Assembly (NCBI RefSeq): GCF_006345805.1 | Contig: NC_043000.1 | Coordinates: forward strand, 86,304,001 to 86,368,000 | Direction: 5' to 3' | DNA from: Octopus sinensis | Lineage: Eukaryota | Length of the DNA: 64,000 nt | Shown: positions 1 through 11,999 of the stretch, piece after piece | How positions within the stretch are numbered: position 1 is the stretch's first letter | Layout of the letters: each line of letters opens with the position of its first letter | Translations under genes and position numbers: made by a program | Notes under the pieces: model-generated | The model's database searches: none | The model's input: the letters and a program-made list of their open reading frames with translations, nothing else | What the model was told of the DNA's origin: nothing

Positions 1-419
1 GGGCATTGCCATATAGTGGAGCAGCATTATTAAATATGTTTATATTGGAGGAGAGGCAAGAAATTCTCCTACTAATATTCTTAACTAAATTCTTAAACAC
101 TATGGATGATGGTGGTGACAGGAACCTACATTAATATAACTAAGTCTATCGTTGGGCTTCCTATAGGGTTTGAGAATGTATCATAGTTCTTTGCCCTGGC
201 ATTTGAAATTCTAAGTACTATAATAACAACCTTTTACTGTTTGTTCTAAATTATAACATATATAAAAAAATCCTCTATTTCTCTAATATCGAGGTCTCAT
301 TCTTTTGTTGTTATTATTATTATCATTATTATTATTATTATATGTGTGTGTGTATGTGAGTGTGTGTGTGTATAAGTATGTATGTTTATCTATAGATGTG
401 TGAGTGAGTGTGAGTATGT

Positions 420-670
420 TTGTATCTCATTGTCTTGACATTGTGTGATAGCTGTAAATGAATGCCATTCATTTCCAATATTCTATGAAAGTAAGTCTAG
501 CAATGGAAAAAATTTCCTTGCTTGGAAACAGGTATGGGTTGATGACAGGAATGGCATCTGACTAGAGAAAAATCTGCTTCAATAAATTCTGCCTGACCTA
601 TGCAAGCATGGAAAAATGGACACTATGATGATGATGATGGTGATGATGATGATGACGACAACAGCGATGA
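420..670 (+). mobile_element. Short non-autonomous retroelement (SINE-like) ending in the RTE-type tail GCAAGCATGGAAAAATGGAC..(GAT)n
   Basis: Related copies at about 16300-16460, 26455-26650, 34400-34570 (+) and 2365-2520, 39120-39330, 50275-50490, 51360-51590 (-). The 3' end resembles the tail of the RTE copies (e.g. 57440-57495). Confidence 0.65.
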
Positions 671-2637
671 CAATGATAGCTTTAATTAGAAGGTAAGTTG
701 AATGAACAACAATAAAGTGTTAAATGATGTGAGTTGCAGCATTTAAAAAACCATGAGAAGACAGTTCCAAAGGACAATAATCCTTAAAATTTTGAGTACA
801 TGTATTATATGAAGGAAACTTAGGTTTGGGAAACAAATGATGAGTGGTGTAAGAAATATTTTAGAAGGAAGTTAGGAGTGCAAGTTGTGACTTCTTAGAA
901 CCAGAGTTCATTAGAGAGGCAATAGATCAGTCAAATAGAACATAATAATAGATGAAGGATAGATAATTCTAGATATGGCAAATTTTATTAATTATAGAAT
1001 TGGCTTTCTTCTGAATGAAAACTGTCAAATTAATGACTGGAGTGATACTCAGGATTTGAGAGCAATATTTCATTAACATATTCAGAGTATTAAGCAACAA
1101 ATTAGAAGACTGTTAGAGTGACAGGAACAACATTTGCAATATTTATCTGAGTTCAAATCCTGCCAAAATCAACTTTGTCTTTTATCTTTTGAGAGGACCA
1201 ATAAATAAAATACTAGTCCAGTACTAGGTTTGTTCTCTGTCTCTCACACTTTCTCTTTCTTTTACTCTCCCATTCTCTTTCTCTTTGAATTGTTCCTATT
1301 ATTCAAAGATTGAGTCCTGTTACATTGCATCGTTCTGATTTTGCCTGAGAACTGCATTAAGGGTAGAGGTGTATATAAAAAACTCAGCCACTTACACCTT
1401 AATTTCATGAGTAGAAATTCAGTTGAATGAACAGCTAAATACTCATCATTCAGACTGATGGTGAATCAGAGTACAAGAGTACTGCACAGAGTACTAAATC
1501 CACAAACTGCCCTCAAATATTCAATTGATTCCCATAAAATTATGGCTCTGGTAAACCCATTTGATATGTAGCCCTAGTAATGGAAGATAATATGAAGTCT
1601 TAATTTTAAAGCGAAAATGAATTTAGGATTGATAAAGTAGAAGTATTATAGTTTTACCAAATAATTCTTGATTTAATTATTTTTACATTAATAATAGAAA
1701 AAGGAAATTATGGGTGAGACAAAATGAGAAATAGGTGTTAAACCATGGGATAGTATAAACTATCTGAAACATAAGTGTAGTATTCTATTGCTAGAATGGT
1801 TCGAGTACCCTATCACAAATAGTTATCTTGTTATGCATCTGGCTGTATTGAGGCGATAAAATTTCCAGTGTAGGTCACTAGAAACTATGTTGATCTGTCA
1901 AGTAATTTTGTGAATTTTAAAAAAGAACAGTGATGGTATAGTATGATACTCCAGAAGTAGTTGGTATATGTTTGTGTATGATGTTATTGCTAAAAAAAAA
2001 AGTAGTATATTGTGAAGTTAATGTTAAAGAAAAGTAACCAGTTAAAGAGAAATAGTTAGAATGGGGAAGGGTTACTGTTAAAAAGAAGTAGTTAGTACTG
2101 TTAAAGAGTAGTTAGAATATGGTTGTTAATGTTACAAAGAAGTAGCCAGTATGTGATGGGGTGCTAATTTTATAGTGAAGTAGTGAATATGGGGGTGGGT
2201 TAATGTTAAAAAGCTGGGTTAGTGTTAAGTAACACAAAAACAGTCCTAATAATGCATTGTAATAAATTTCTTGTTAATAAAGAAAAGAAATGAGACTCAG
2301 GTTGCGTGTAAAAATTGTGATTTGTAACAAAAAAGAGTTAAATTATTGAAAAGAATGATGGTTTTCATTGTTGTTGCCATCATCATTGTTTTAATGTCTA
2401 CTTTTCCATGCTTGCACAGGTCAGATGAAATTTGATGAGGTAGATTTTTTTAATGATCAGGTGTTTCTTCCATCACCAACCCTTACTTGTTTCCATGTAA
2501 GATGATATTTCCTCTAGATCCTCAAATACAAATAGTAGACTGACAGACCATGGTTTTTCATAAAACTGCTAGTGGATGACATTTTTTGTATGATATTGAC
2601 ATTTGCTTTACAACTACAATGTAATGTCAAGATAAAG

Positions 2638-2652
2638 ACACACACACACACA

Positions 2653-2715
<63 letters not shown>

Positions 2716-2720
2716 CACAC
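2638..2720. repeat. (CA)n microsatellite
   Basis: Direct inspection; it generates the HT/CV-repeat ORFs in the track. Confidence 0.97.
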
Positions 2721-2721
2721 A

Positions 2722-2880
2722 ATGGGCTTCTTTCAGTTTCTCTCTATCAAATCTCTCTCAAGGGTTTGGTCAGCTCAGCTCTGTAGAAGACATTTGCCCT
2801 TTCCCCAAGGTACCACATGGTGAAACTGAAACAAAAACCACATGGTTGCAAAGTGAATATCTTAACCCTACAGCAATACT
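2722..2880 (-). mobile_element. 5' half of tRNA-derived SINE (family A), diverged
   Basis: Reverse complement resembles the 5' part of the copies at 6813, 39831 and 63150. Confidence 0.7.
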
Positions 2881-4074
2881 GGTGTATATGAAGATAACAA
2901 ACTATAATTCTAAGACTATCAATTTCATACTTATTTTGTGTGAAGGTTTCACAGGACTCAGCAATTCCCAAATAACCAATAAAGAAGCCAGATATGTGAG
3001 TATGTAGTTCTGGATATGAGTTGTAGAAAAGAAAAATGCATAGAAATTAACTACTGTCAGGGAAGTATCTCGTTTTACTGAAATATGGTTCCAATAAAAA
3101 TTCTCACTAAAACTTAGATACTATTTATTTTAAATTATGAGAAAATCTCACTAGTTAGTTGACTGATCTTTAAAAATGCCAGTATAGTCACTACCAATAG
3201 AGAAAAACTGAGCAGGTGGCTGCTGCTAATAGTTTCCATAATAGAAAGTCTCTACTACCACCTAATATCACTTGCATCATTTCAAAGTTGGTGGTAGTTT
3301 ACCACCCACCCCACTTGAACTCATTCAGTTTTAATATGTAAGAAAAGTAACATAACTTTCTTGCAACTGGCATGGGGTAAATACACAGAGAGAGATGTCT
3401 TTTATTTACATCATATTTGTTTTTCTCTCAGTTTCTCACCAATCCTTTGATAACAGCTGTTCTTCATTACACTCCAACAAGAAACTTCAATAATTTCTGC
3501 TTGTCATTCTTCCCTATTTCAACACAACTCACATGTTTCAGTTTAATGAAGATAAATTGATAGTCTTTTTTTAAAAAACATTTTTTCTTTTTATATTTCT
3601 ATGAAGACCAGAGCAAGGATCTGACTATGCATATATTTTTTTAAGAATTAAATAATAAAAATAGTAAATTTTTGAGTTTGTTTTCATCCAGCTTTCTTTA
3701 TATTACATAAGAGATTAATAATTCAATTGTTGCTTTTACAACATAACCTGAAATCAATAAGATGAAATGGTTATTTGATTTCAAAGTCATGGATATAAAT
3801 TGCATAAATCCATAACAAATAGTTGAATGAAAGATTTGATCTGGCTTATATTAATTTGGAAAATGATTCAGCCATTTGTATCAAGGTAGGAAAAAAAATC
3901 TGTTGGCTGAAGAGAAGAGTAATATATGTACATACTAATATGCACGCATACATACAGTTACATATATGTGCGTGATATATATATATATATATATTGTTTT
4001 TAGAAAAACATAAATCCAGAGAAAACATAAATCACTCTAAGAAGTAAAGAACTCTGTATTCTTTTCTGTAGAAG

Positions 4075-4273
4075 TTTATGGGATTACCCAGGGTTTCCCA
4101 TTAATAAAGGGTTTAACTTTATGGCATATTGTCAGACCCCAAGATCTGTTGGCCTATGACCTCTTTAAAATATCTCTTTAAGGATGTCATAGGTCAACAG
4201 ATCTTGGGGTCTAATGATACACCATAAAGTTAAACCCTTTATGGACGGGAAACCCAGAGTAACCCCATAAACC
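4075..4273. mobile_element. Fold-back/MITE-like element with about 85-bp imperfect inverted arms
   Basis: TTTATGGG..GGGTTTCCC..AAAGGGTTTAACTTTATGG..AGACCCCAAGATCTGTTGGCCTATGAC pairs with GTCATAGGTCAACAGATCTTGGGGTCT..CCATAAAGTTAAACCCTTT..GGGAAACCC..CCCATAAA; about 25-nt spacer. Confidence 0.7.
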
Positions 4274-4314
4274 AGACTTCACCAAGAAAAAAAATACATA
4301 CACACACACACATA

Positions 4315-4442
4315 CAGAGAGAAGGAGAGAGAGAGAGAGATAGGGAGAGAATGAGAGAGAGGGAGAATGAGAGAGAGACAAAGAGTGAGAGAGAAAGAGA
4401 GAGAGAGAAAGAGAGAGAGAGAGATAGAAAGAGAGAGAGAGA
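4315..4442. repeat. (GA)n-rich microsatellite
   Basis: Direct inspection. Confidence 0.95.
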
Positions 4443-4454
4443 TATACACACACT

Positions 4455-4690
4455 CATATTCATCATCATCCAGCGTTTTAAATCCGGTTTTGTCCCCATT
4501 AACAGGGTGGTTGGATCTATATCAATGCCATAGTAACCACCCTCATACCACCGCACTCCATTCACCCTTGCCAGCCATTCCACCGATTCCCCCAACCCCA
4601 ACATCTCCATCAAGTCCTCAGTCCTCCTCTTATCAAACAACTTCACACCACACATTTCTCTCCATTGCTCTCTCTCGATCATTGTTTAAT
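4455..4690 (-). mobile_element. RTE-clade LINE 3' fragment (second RTE family), internally deleted
   Basis: Minus frame reads WREMCGVKLFDKRRTEDLMEMLGLGESVEWLARVNGVRWY, typical of the RTE ORF2 C-terminus; (GAT)n tail; related copy at 25656-26135. Confidence 0.8.
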
Positions 4691-5167
4691 ATCTGTTTTT
4701 CTGAGCTTTGGACAGAGAGTTATTTGATCAGAATTTTACAGCTGGATGCCTCTTCTGTTATCAACCCTTACTTGATTTTTAATTAAGTGCTTTCTGTATT
4801 CAACAGGTTTAAAAAATGACAGACTAATCAATCATAATATCAGCAAAGAATATCAACATCAGCAGCACAACACTCAAGCAGTGACAAATTGCAGATTATA
4901 AACACTGATACAAGTTTGCACATGTGCACGCACACACACACAAACATAAATATAAATATAAATTTATATATATAAATCACTTTGTGACTTTATCACAAAT
5001 ACTTTTAATATTGCAACAATATTGCCTATGTACATTTTTGTAAATAAGTATGCAGTTATATATTAAATATAACTAGACAGGAAGTGCAATCTCTGTACTG
5101 GTAAATATTGAATTAAATATCGGATGAAAATTGCTCCAGATCTTAAGGTTAATACTTTCATATTTAC

Positions 5168-5308
5168 CATGCTAATTGGTACAGAAGAGGAAACTCTAAA
5201 CACATGTTCACCACCATTTATAATGGTTTGGGTTGTTGTAACTTCTATTAGAAGGTGTGAGGCTGTGAAATTGAGCTGTACTCCATCATATTTAAACTGC
5301 CCACTTAT
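5168..5308 (-). CDS. Candidate host coding exon (141 nt, phase 0-0), unidentified beta-rich product
   Basis: Minus strand: ...GCTTCTGTAG|ATAAGT...AGCATG|GTAAAT; open frame ISGQFKYDGVQLNFTASHLLIEVTTTQTIINGGEHVFRVSSSVPISM in non-repetitive sequence. Confidence 0.35.
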
Positions 5309-6812
5309 CTACAGAAGCATTTTTTGTGAACTATCTTGATGAGATATTGAGCATTTTTGTGACAAAATCTTTTTTATTTATCAAACAGCTGCATCACTGA
5401 ATTTGTTACAAGATGCCATTAGAATATTTGATAACGTCTTCCCTAAAAAGTTGAGCATTTTAAAAGGCTAGGCATTAATATTTATTCTTGTGAGGTAATT
5501 TATGGACACTTCTCATTAATTTAATTTTTAGGTTAAGTTTGGTTGGTAACTTCACAAGTTTCATTTCCTACAAAATTTATGACAATCCAATTATTAACTG
5601 GTAATCATTTATTTAGAATTTCCTTTCCTCCATGAATATGTATGGTAAGCATACAAAAAATTAAAGTCCAAGATGTGGAGTAACATCTATTACAGTACTC
5701 ATAATTCTAAGTGAAAATTTATGTGATTTCAGTGAGCATATCCCACTGAAGCTTAAACTATGCATGCACATTAAAGACTAAAAATGGGATGACTTTAGAC
5801 TTTATAGAGAAGGGAAGTGAAGTGTGTGTGTGTGTGTTTATACAAAATGCAATTTAAAATGTTCATTCCCTAGATTTTGCATTTGTTTTTGTTCTTTTAA
5901 GATGATTTAAAAACTATTTTCTTGAATAAAACAGAAATGTCAGTTGGTGATGGTTTATAAAATAGTAAATTAGCAAATGATTTTTCTCTTCAGAATTTCA
6001 ATATGTACCCAGAGTCCTTATTATCTAGGCTTTCTGTTTGTGCAGTAAAGCTTAGGATCATACTGATTTTTCCAAATCAGTTCTTGAGACTAAAATTTAT
6101 CTTCAGAACTGAAGCCATTTTAATAATGATCACTGCCACTGTCATCATTCTTGTCTTTATGACCATCATCATCATCATAATAATATTCAGCAGCAGCAGC
6201 AGTGTTATAGCTATAACAACCACTAACATCATTATTTCTTTCCCATGGCCTTGGTTTCCACATCACAACCAGTAATTTTAAAGCAAGATCTGATACCTTC
6301 TCCATGGGATATCCAGAAGTCTCCCAACAGTAGTTGATTGATGACATGTTATTATTGCAGGTGTCTATGCTTCATTCTTAACTGTGTGGCTCACTTCTCA
6401 ACAGATGTCAACTGCAATGAGCTTACATGGATAGTAAAAATTTTTCATCAAATTCAAAATATCTCTATAGCATAGTATCATTTTAAATGTTGCTTACACA
6501 CTGTAACATTGCTTTAGCTTTTGTTTATTCAATTCACAGTACATTACAAACATAAAGTATGGATTTCTCATTGGTACATTTATAATTTATTTAGCCTCCT
6601 CATGATCCCCTGCTCCATGCATCAAGATCCTGTATCAATGTTGTTGATACAGGATCTTGATCAGGATCAGTCCTGATCTAGCAGTCCTTGTATATCAAGG
6701 ACTATATTATTTAATGTGCCCTTTTTTTTCCTTTTCTTAGATGGTAAGGCAGGATTCAAGGCTTTCATTGTCCTCTATGTCCTCTATGTAAATACACAAG
6801 AGTGTATACACA

Positions 6813-7204
6813 GGTGCAGGAGTGGCTGTGTGGTAAGTTGCTTGCTTACCAACCACATGGTTCCGGGTTCAGTCCCACTGCATGGCACCTTGGGCAACTG
6901 TCTTCTACTATAGCCTCGGGTCAACCAAAGCTTTGTGAGTGGATTTGGTAGACAGAAACTGAAAGAAGCCTGTCGTATATATGTATATGTGTATATATAT
7001 GTGTGTGTTTGTCCCCTCTAACATCGCTTGACAACTGATGCTGGTGTGCTTACATCCCCGTAACTTAGCGGTTTGGCAAAAGAGACTGATAGAATAAGTA
7101 TTAGGCTTACAAAGAATAAGTCCTGGGGTCAATTTCCTCGACTAAAGGTGGTGCTCCAGCATGGCCGCAGTCAAAATGAATGAAACAAGTAAAAGAGAGG
7201 AGAG
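6813..7204 (+). mobile_element. Full-length tRNA-derived SINE (family A)
   Basis: Pol III A-box-like TGGCTGTGTGG and B-box GGTTCAGTCCC, central (TA/TG)n tract, 3' AAGTAAAAGAG end; near-identical architecture at 39831 and 63150. Confidence 0.9.
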
Positions 7205-7664
7205 TAGGTAAAAGTTTATGGATGGTAGACTTAATATGTCATCCAGTTTAACATCATCAAATAACCCATCATTGCCTTTAGCAGGGTCTGATCCATTGCA
7301 ATCAATCAAACCAGGTCATTGCACTGAAGATAACTTCCTTACAACAGTCTTGCAGTCCTTAGAAAGATCAAGAATACAGCTCTTTCTTGTCTAAGGCACT
7401 AAAACATAAAAAAAAAAAAGTAGCTGCAAAAATAGTTTGGGATGTATTGATACAACCTCAGGGTGTTGAGGACATCAATTTTCAAAAGAAATGGTAGCCT
7501 ATTATAAATCTGAGAACTTTAAAAGGAGTTATAAAATCTCATCTCACCCTCTACCCAAAGCTAGCAAGTCTTAACAAAACTGATGTTATAATCGTGATAT
7601 TGTTACTAAATTACAATTTACTATTATTTCATTTTTTGGAGTATTATAGAAATATATATTAATA

Positions 7665-7825
7665 GGCACAGGCATAGCTGTGTGGTAAGAAGCTTGCTTC
7701 CCAACCACATGGTTCTGCGTTCAGTCCCACTGTGGAACTTTGGGCAGGTGTGTTCTACTATAGCCTTGAGCTTTGTGAGTGGATTTGGTAGATGGAAACT
7801 GAAAGAAGCTCATCATATATGTATG

Positions 7826-7858
<33 letters not shown>

Positions 7859-8130
7859 GTGTGTGTGTGCGCATGTGTGTGTGTGTGTGTGTGTATGCAT
7901 GTATATATTTATGTGTGTGTGTCTTTGTGTTGTGTTTGTCTCCCAACCATCGCTTGGTGTGTTTACATCTCTGTAACTTAGCGGTTCAGCAAAAGAGACT
8001 GATATAACAAGTACTAGACTTACTAAGAATAAGTCCTGGGGTTGATTTCTGCAACCAAAACCCCTTTAAGGCAGTGCTCCAGCATAGCTGCAGCCAAATG
8101 ACTGAAACAAGTAACAGAATAACAGAAAGC
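7665..8130 (+). mobile_element. Full-length tRNA-derived SINE (family A) with expanded internal (TG)n
   Basis: Aligns by eye to the 6813 copy at both ends. Confidence 0.88.
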
Positions 8131-9494
8131 CATTAAGGATTTAGCAACATCAAATTATAAACTATCTATAATATTATCACATTAGATACGTTTAATATAA
8201 AAGTCCTTGGTAAGCCATTGACTGGAAATACTAGTTTTTCAGTTTTTATAAAGATCATGTGAAGAATATAAAGATCACATGATTAATGACCTTCTACTAT
8301 TTCATTATATTATCAATAGCAGATGTCATATTTTGATGTAAATCTACCTAAAGTTTGGCATTTGGAGACATTAACCTTTAACATTGGTATTAATTTTCCA
8401 CTTTGATGACTTCCTTTTATCATTTTCCTTGTTTAGTTTGAAAATATTCATATTTATTAGGAATTTTTGTGACATTGAGATAGATAATGTTTCCAAGAAA
8501 CATTTTTTGTTGTCGCTCCCAGCAAATTTTTGCTTGAATTGGTCACTCTTTTCTTCCATTTATGACTGTTTCCCATGCACTGAGAAAGAAATGGTTTCTT
8601 GTAGTATCTAACCTTCATAGTTGTCATGTTATCTTAGTTATCATGTAGCACTTGAAAATGGTTGAAATACGGTTGATAATTCTTTGGTTTGTTTGTTTTT
8701 TTGGGGTTTTTTTTATTTACAAGTCCAGAAACATGGGAAGTAGAGAAGGTTTCTGTGATATAAGGCATATCATTAATTAAGATATTTCACTTAGCCAGAA
8801 AAGATAAAGTGCATAAAGGATCTATGGTTCAGAGCAGAAATGTTGTTTATTCAAGAATCAGAGAGCTTTAATTGATAATGTGCCAGCCTACTAAGTAGAG
8901 GATTTTGAGTGAAATGCAACAATCCATTGTACATTTATTGAGGTGTAAATAAATACCATGTAAAGGTTTCACTAAAATTAATGCAAGTTTTGTAAGCTTG
9001 TTGTACTCAGTTCAAGTAGTTTCTTGGGAGTATCCTGGAAAAGATAACTTCTAAAAGGTTGACTTGTACTAGATATACCATATTAGGATGAAAAGTCCAA
9101 TGATTCAATGAGTTACTGGAGTTTATTCTTTGGAAAATAGCCTTGGTTAAAGATCTATTGCTCAACATTATAATAATCTTAGTAATAGTAATAAAAAACA
9201 TAATATTTTAGTGAAGCCCAAAAAGTGGCTTTAAACAATATGTAGGTAGAGAGTTGATAGAAAGTCAGTACAATATGATTTGCATAAGCAACAAGTACAC
9301 AAGAGATGAACTGAGGCCTCTCATAGATTTACTAAGATTCATGACATCAATAATAGTAGTAGGGACAGCCATAATACGAAGTCCATGAAGTGTTCAGATA
9401 ATATTCTAGGAACAATAGATAATTTCTTTTATCAAGATGAAACGGTACTAAAAATGGTTGTAGAGAAAGTATAATAGTTATATTGTCACGAAGA

Positions 9495-9640
9495 AGGTGA
9501 GTGGCTTAATGGTTAGTGTATTCAGTTTGGGCTGCTTTACATGCATCCTTGAGCAAGGTACTTCATTTCATGTTACTGCAGTCTGCTCAGCTGCACTCTG
9601 TCTTTCCAATTGTAACATCCTAAATGTTACAGTGGGTCAA
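9495..9640 (+). mobile_element. Diverged tRNA-derived SINE (family B) 5' part
   Basis: GAGTGGCTTAATGGTTAG head and CCTTGAGCAAG..ACTT.ATTTCATGTT motif shared with the 47530 copy. Confidence 0.55.
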
Positions 9641-10631
9641 GGGTATGGATCAGAATGGTATCTATGTTTATTTGTGACTACATAGGCATCTGAAGCAATT
9701 AGCAAAAGCAAAATACATCTTATCAAGCCATTCTCACAAGTGATGGCTGGCTGTACTGTACTATACTTTCATTATGAAGGGATGGAAGGGGTGGTTATAG
9801 ATGTGCTTATAATGAAAGTGTGATATTTATTTTTACTGTATAGGGGTGGAATAGGATGGTTATAAATGTGGTTAAAATGAAAATGTAGTAGTTATACCTT
9901 CACTATAAATGGATTGTAGGTGTGAAAAGGATGGCTTTACTGTGGTTGTAATGAAAGTTAATCTTTATATTTTCACAATAAACGGTTAGAAGAGGTGGTT
10001 ATAGATGTGGTTGCAATGAAAATATAATGGTTATATTTTCACTTTAAAGGAGTCGAAGGTGTGGTGACAGATTCGAATGTAATGAAAAAATAATAGTCAC
10101 TATAAAGGGGTGGAAGCAGCTTGAAGAACTGTTACATCTGTTAGTAACAAACATTTTTCTTTCTCAATACAGCTAGACTGCATAAAGTATAAGTGTGTAA
10201 AAGCTTTGATGCTACAGAGTGATGAGTTATTGGTAGTCGCTGGAGATAAACAAGTTAATTAGGATGTATTGGATATTAACTTGCCTTCAAGGACTCTCTT
10301 TAAAACAAATTAATAAGCCAAGTGGAGATTAATGGCATTCATGAATATAAGTTGTGCAGGTATGGACCTGTAATATGAATGCAAGATGAGCCTTGATGAA
10401 AAATTATTCAACAGTAAAAAAAATGCTTCATGCAGAGGAAGAGTAAGAAAAACTTAAGAAGTGATCCAGTTGGATTTACAGACAATGAGACACAAGAGCA
10501 ATAGAAGAGAAGGTGCACTACAGTCAAACCAACATTTAGCATTAAAAGATGATGGTAATGATGAAGATGAAGATTTAAGAACCTCTGTTGTTTATACTAA
10601 AGAACATATAAATTACTTTCACTTTTAAAAG

Positions 10632-10730
10632 GTTTGTGAAGAAGGGCTTATCTATAAATGGGGAATGCAATAATGGAACTGTCCATCAGTGTGAGCCATG
10701 TCTTACTAATTTAGACCAAGTTTTATATAG
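10632..10730 (+). CDS. Candidate coding exon (99 nt, phase 2-2), product unknown
   Basis: TTACTTTCACTTTTAAAAG|G...TATAG|GTAAAG; single open frame FVKKGLSINGECNNGTVHQCEPCLTNLDQVLY. Confidence 0.2.
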
Positions 10731-11085
10731 GTAAAGTATTTACAGGTATGAAGATATTCTACAGATACACTATCACTCTCTCTGTCTCTCTCTGAGTATC
10801 TGTGCATTGTTTTTTTATTCTTTCTCTCTCCCTCCGTCTACCCCTTCTCGCTGCCCTGTCTTTTTGACAGCTGCTACAGACAGGTTGCATTAACATACTT
10901 TTTTAAAATTTTATATTGTGCACTAATATATGATATATATTACATTAAAGCATTATTTAACATTAAAAACAATAAAAGTCACTTCTGGGGAACCTTAATG
11001 AATGTCTAATGGTAACAGTCATACCTTCATTACTACTGTTAATTTGAAGATTGTGTGTATGCGAATAAATAAATATATATATATA

Positions 11086-11303
11086 TATATATACCAATTA
11101 AGGACTGAACACGAAAAGTGGACAGTCAACATGCTAGATATAGACGTCAAATCGCCATTCACCACAAAAGATTATGTTCTCAGATCAAACTCAGCTGAGT
11201 TTGATCTGAGAACATAATCTTTTGTGGTGAATGGCGATTTGACGTCTATATCTAGCATGTTGACTGTCCACTTTTCGTGTTCAGTCCTTAATTGGTATAT
11301 ATA
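11086..11303. repeat. Perfect 218-bp palindrome (109-bp arms, no spacer)
   Basis: Centre CAG|CTG at 11194/11195; arms checked by eye as exact reverse complements; left end abuts (TA)n. Confidence 0.95.
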
Positions 11304-11380
11304 AATATTTTAATCTTCAGATTCTTTTTTAATATGCTAGACCACTGGTCTTAATTGATAAATATCAATTTCTACCCTTA

Positions 11381-11420
<40 letters not shown>

Positions 11421-11569
11421 TATTATCTATATATATCAGGTATTGATGAGATGAACTTAAACTCAGCAATTGCCTCAGATAGATTTCCAACATGCAAGAA
11501 AGCTTTTACAATACCACTACAGATACTTTTACAGAATTTCTTTGCAGGTGGCAACTTCACAAACTGTTA

Positions 11570-11995
11570 ATATGCCCTGTCCATAAAAGGTAGCAGAAGA
11601 TCCTAAAAATTTAGGCTCGTCTCTTTGACCTCACATGTTAACAAAGTCATGGAATGCATTGTCAGAAGGAGGGTAATCACATTCCTTGAAGAAAATAACT
11701 TGCTTACAAATGCATATTATAGCTTCCATCAAGGAAGGAGTTGCTTAAACAGCTACCACAGCATTTTTACTGGGTATTGAAGCTCAACCATTTAAATGTG
11801 GATGTTATATCTCAACTCTACCAAGGCCATCAACAAAGTTGATCATTGAATGATATGTCACAAACTTCATGATCTTGGTATCACTGGAAAACTATGGGGA
11901 CAGAAGTTGAACAGTTGCAGCTAATGGTGCTTTCTCTGAGGAGACATTAATTCTCAGCAGTATTCCTCGGGGAGCTATACTAGGACCGCTAGAGT
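11570..11995 (+). mobile_element. Decayed CR1/L2-type LINE reverse-transcriptase fragment
   Basis: Frame-shifted motifs VSLTSHVNKVMECIVRR, KVDH..ICHKLHDLGITGKLW, IPRGAILGPL. A likely 3' piece of the same element (LNKF*STIPDEL) resumes near 13220-13300, after the RTE insertion. Confidence 0.75.
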
Positions 11996-11999
11996 ATGT

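Noticed and set aside
6813-6890. tRNA genes at SINE heads
   Set aside because: A and B boxes are present, but there is no complete cloverleaf and each head continues into a SINE body.
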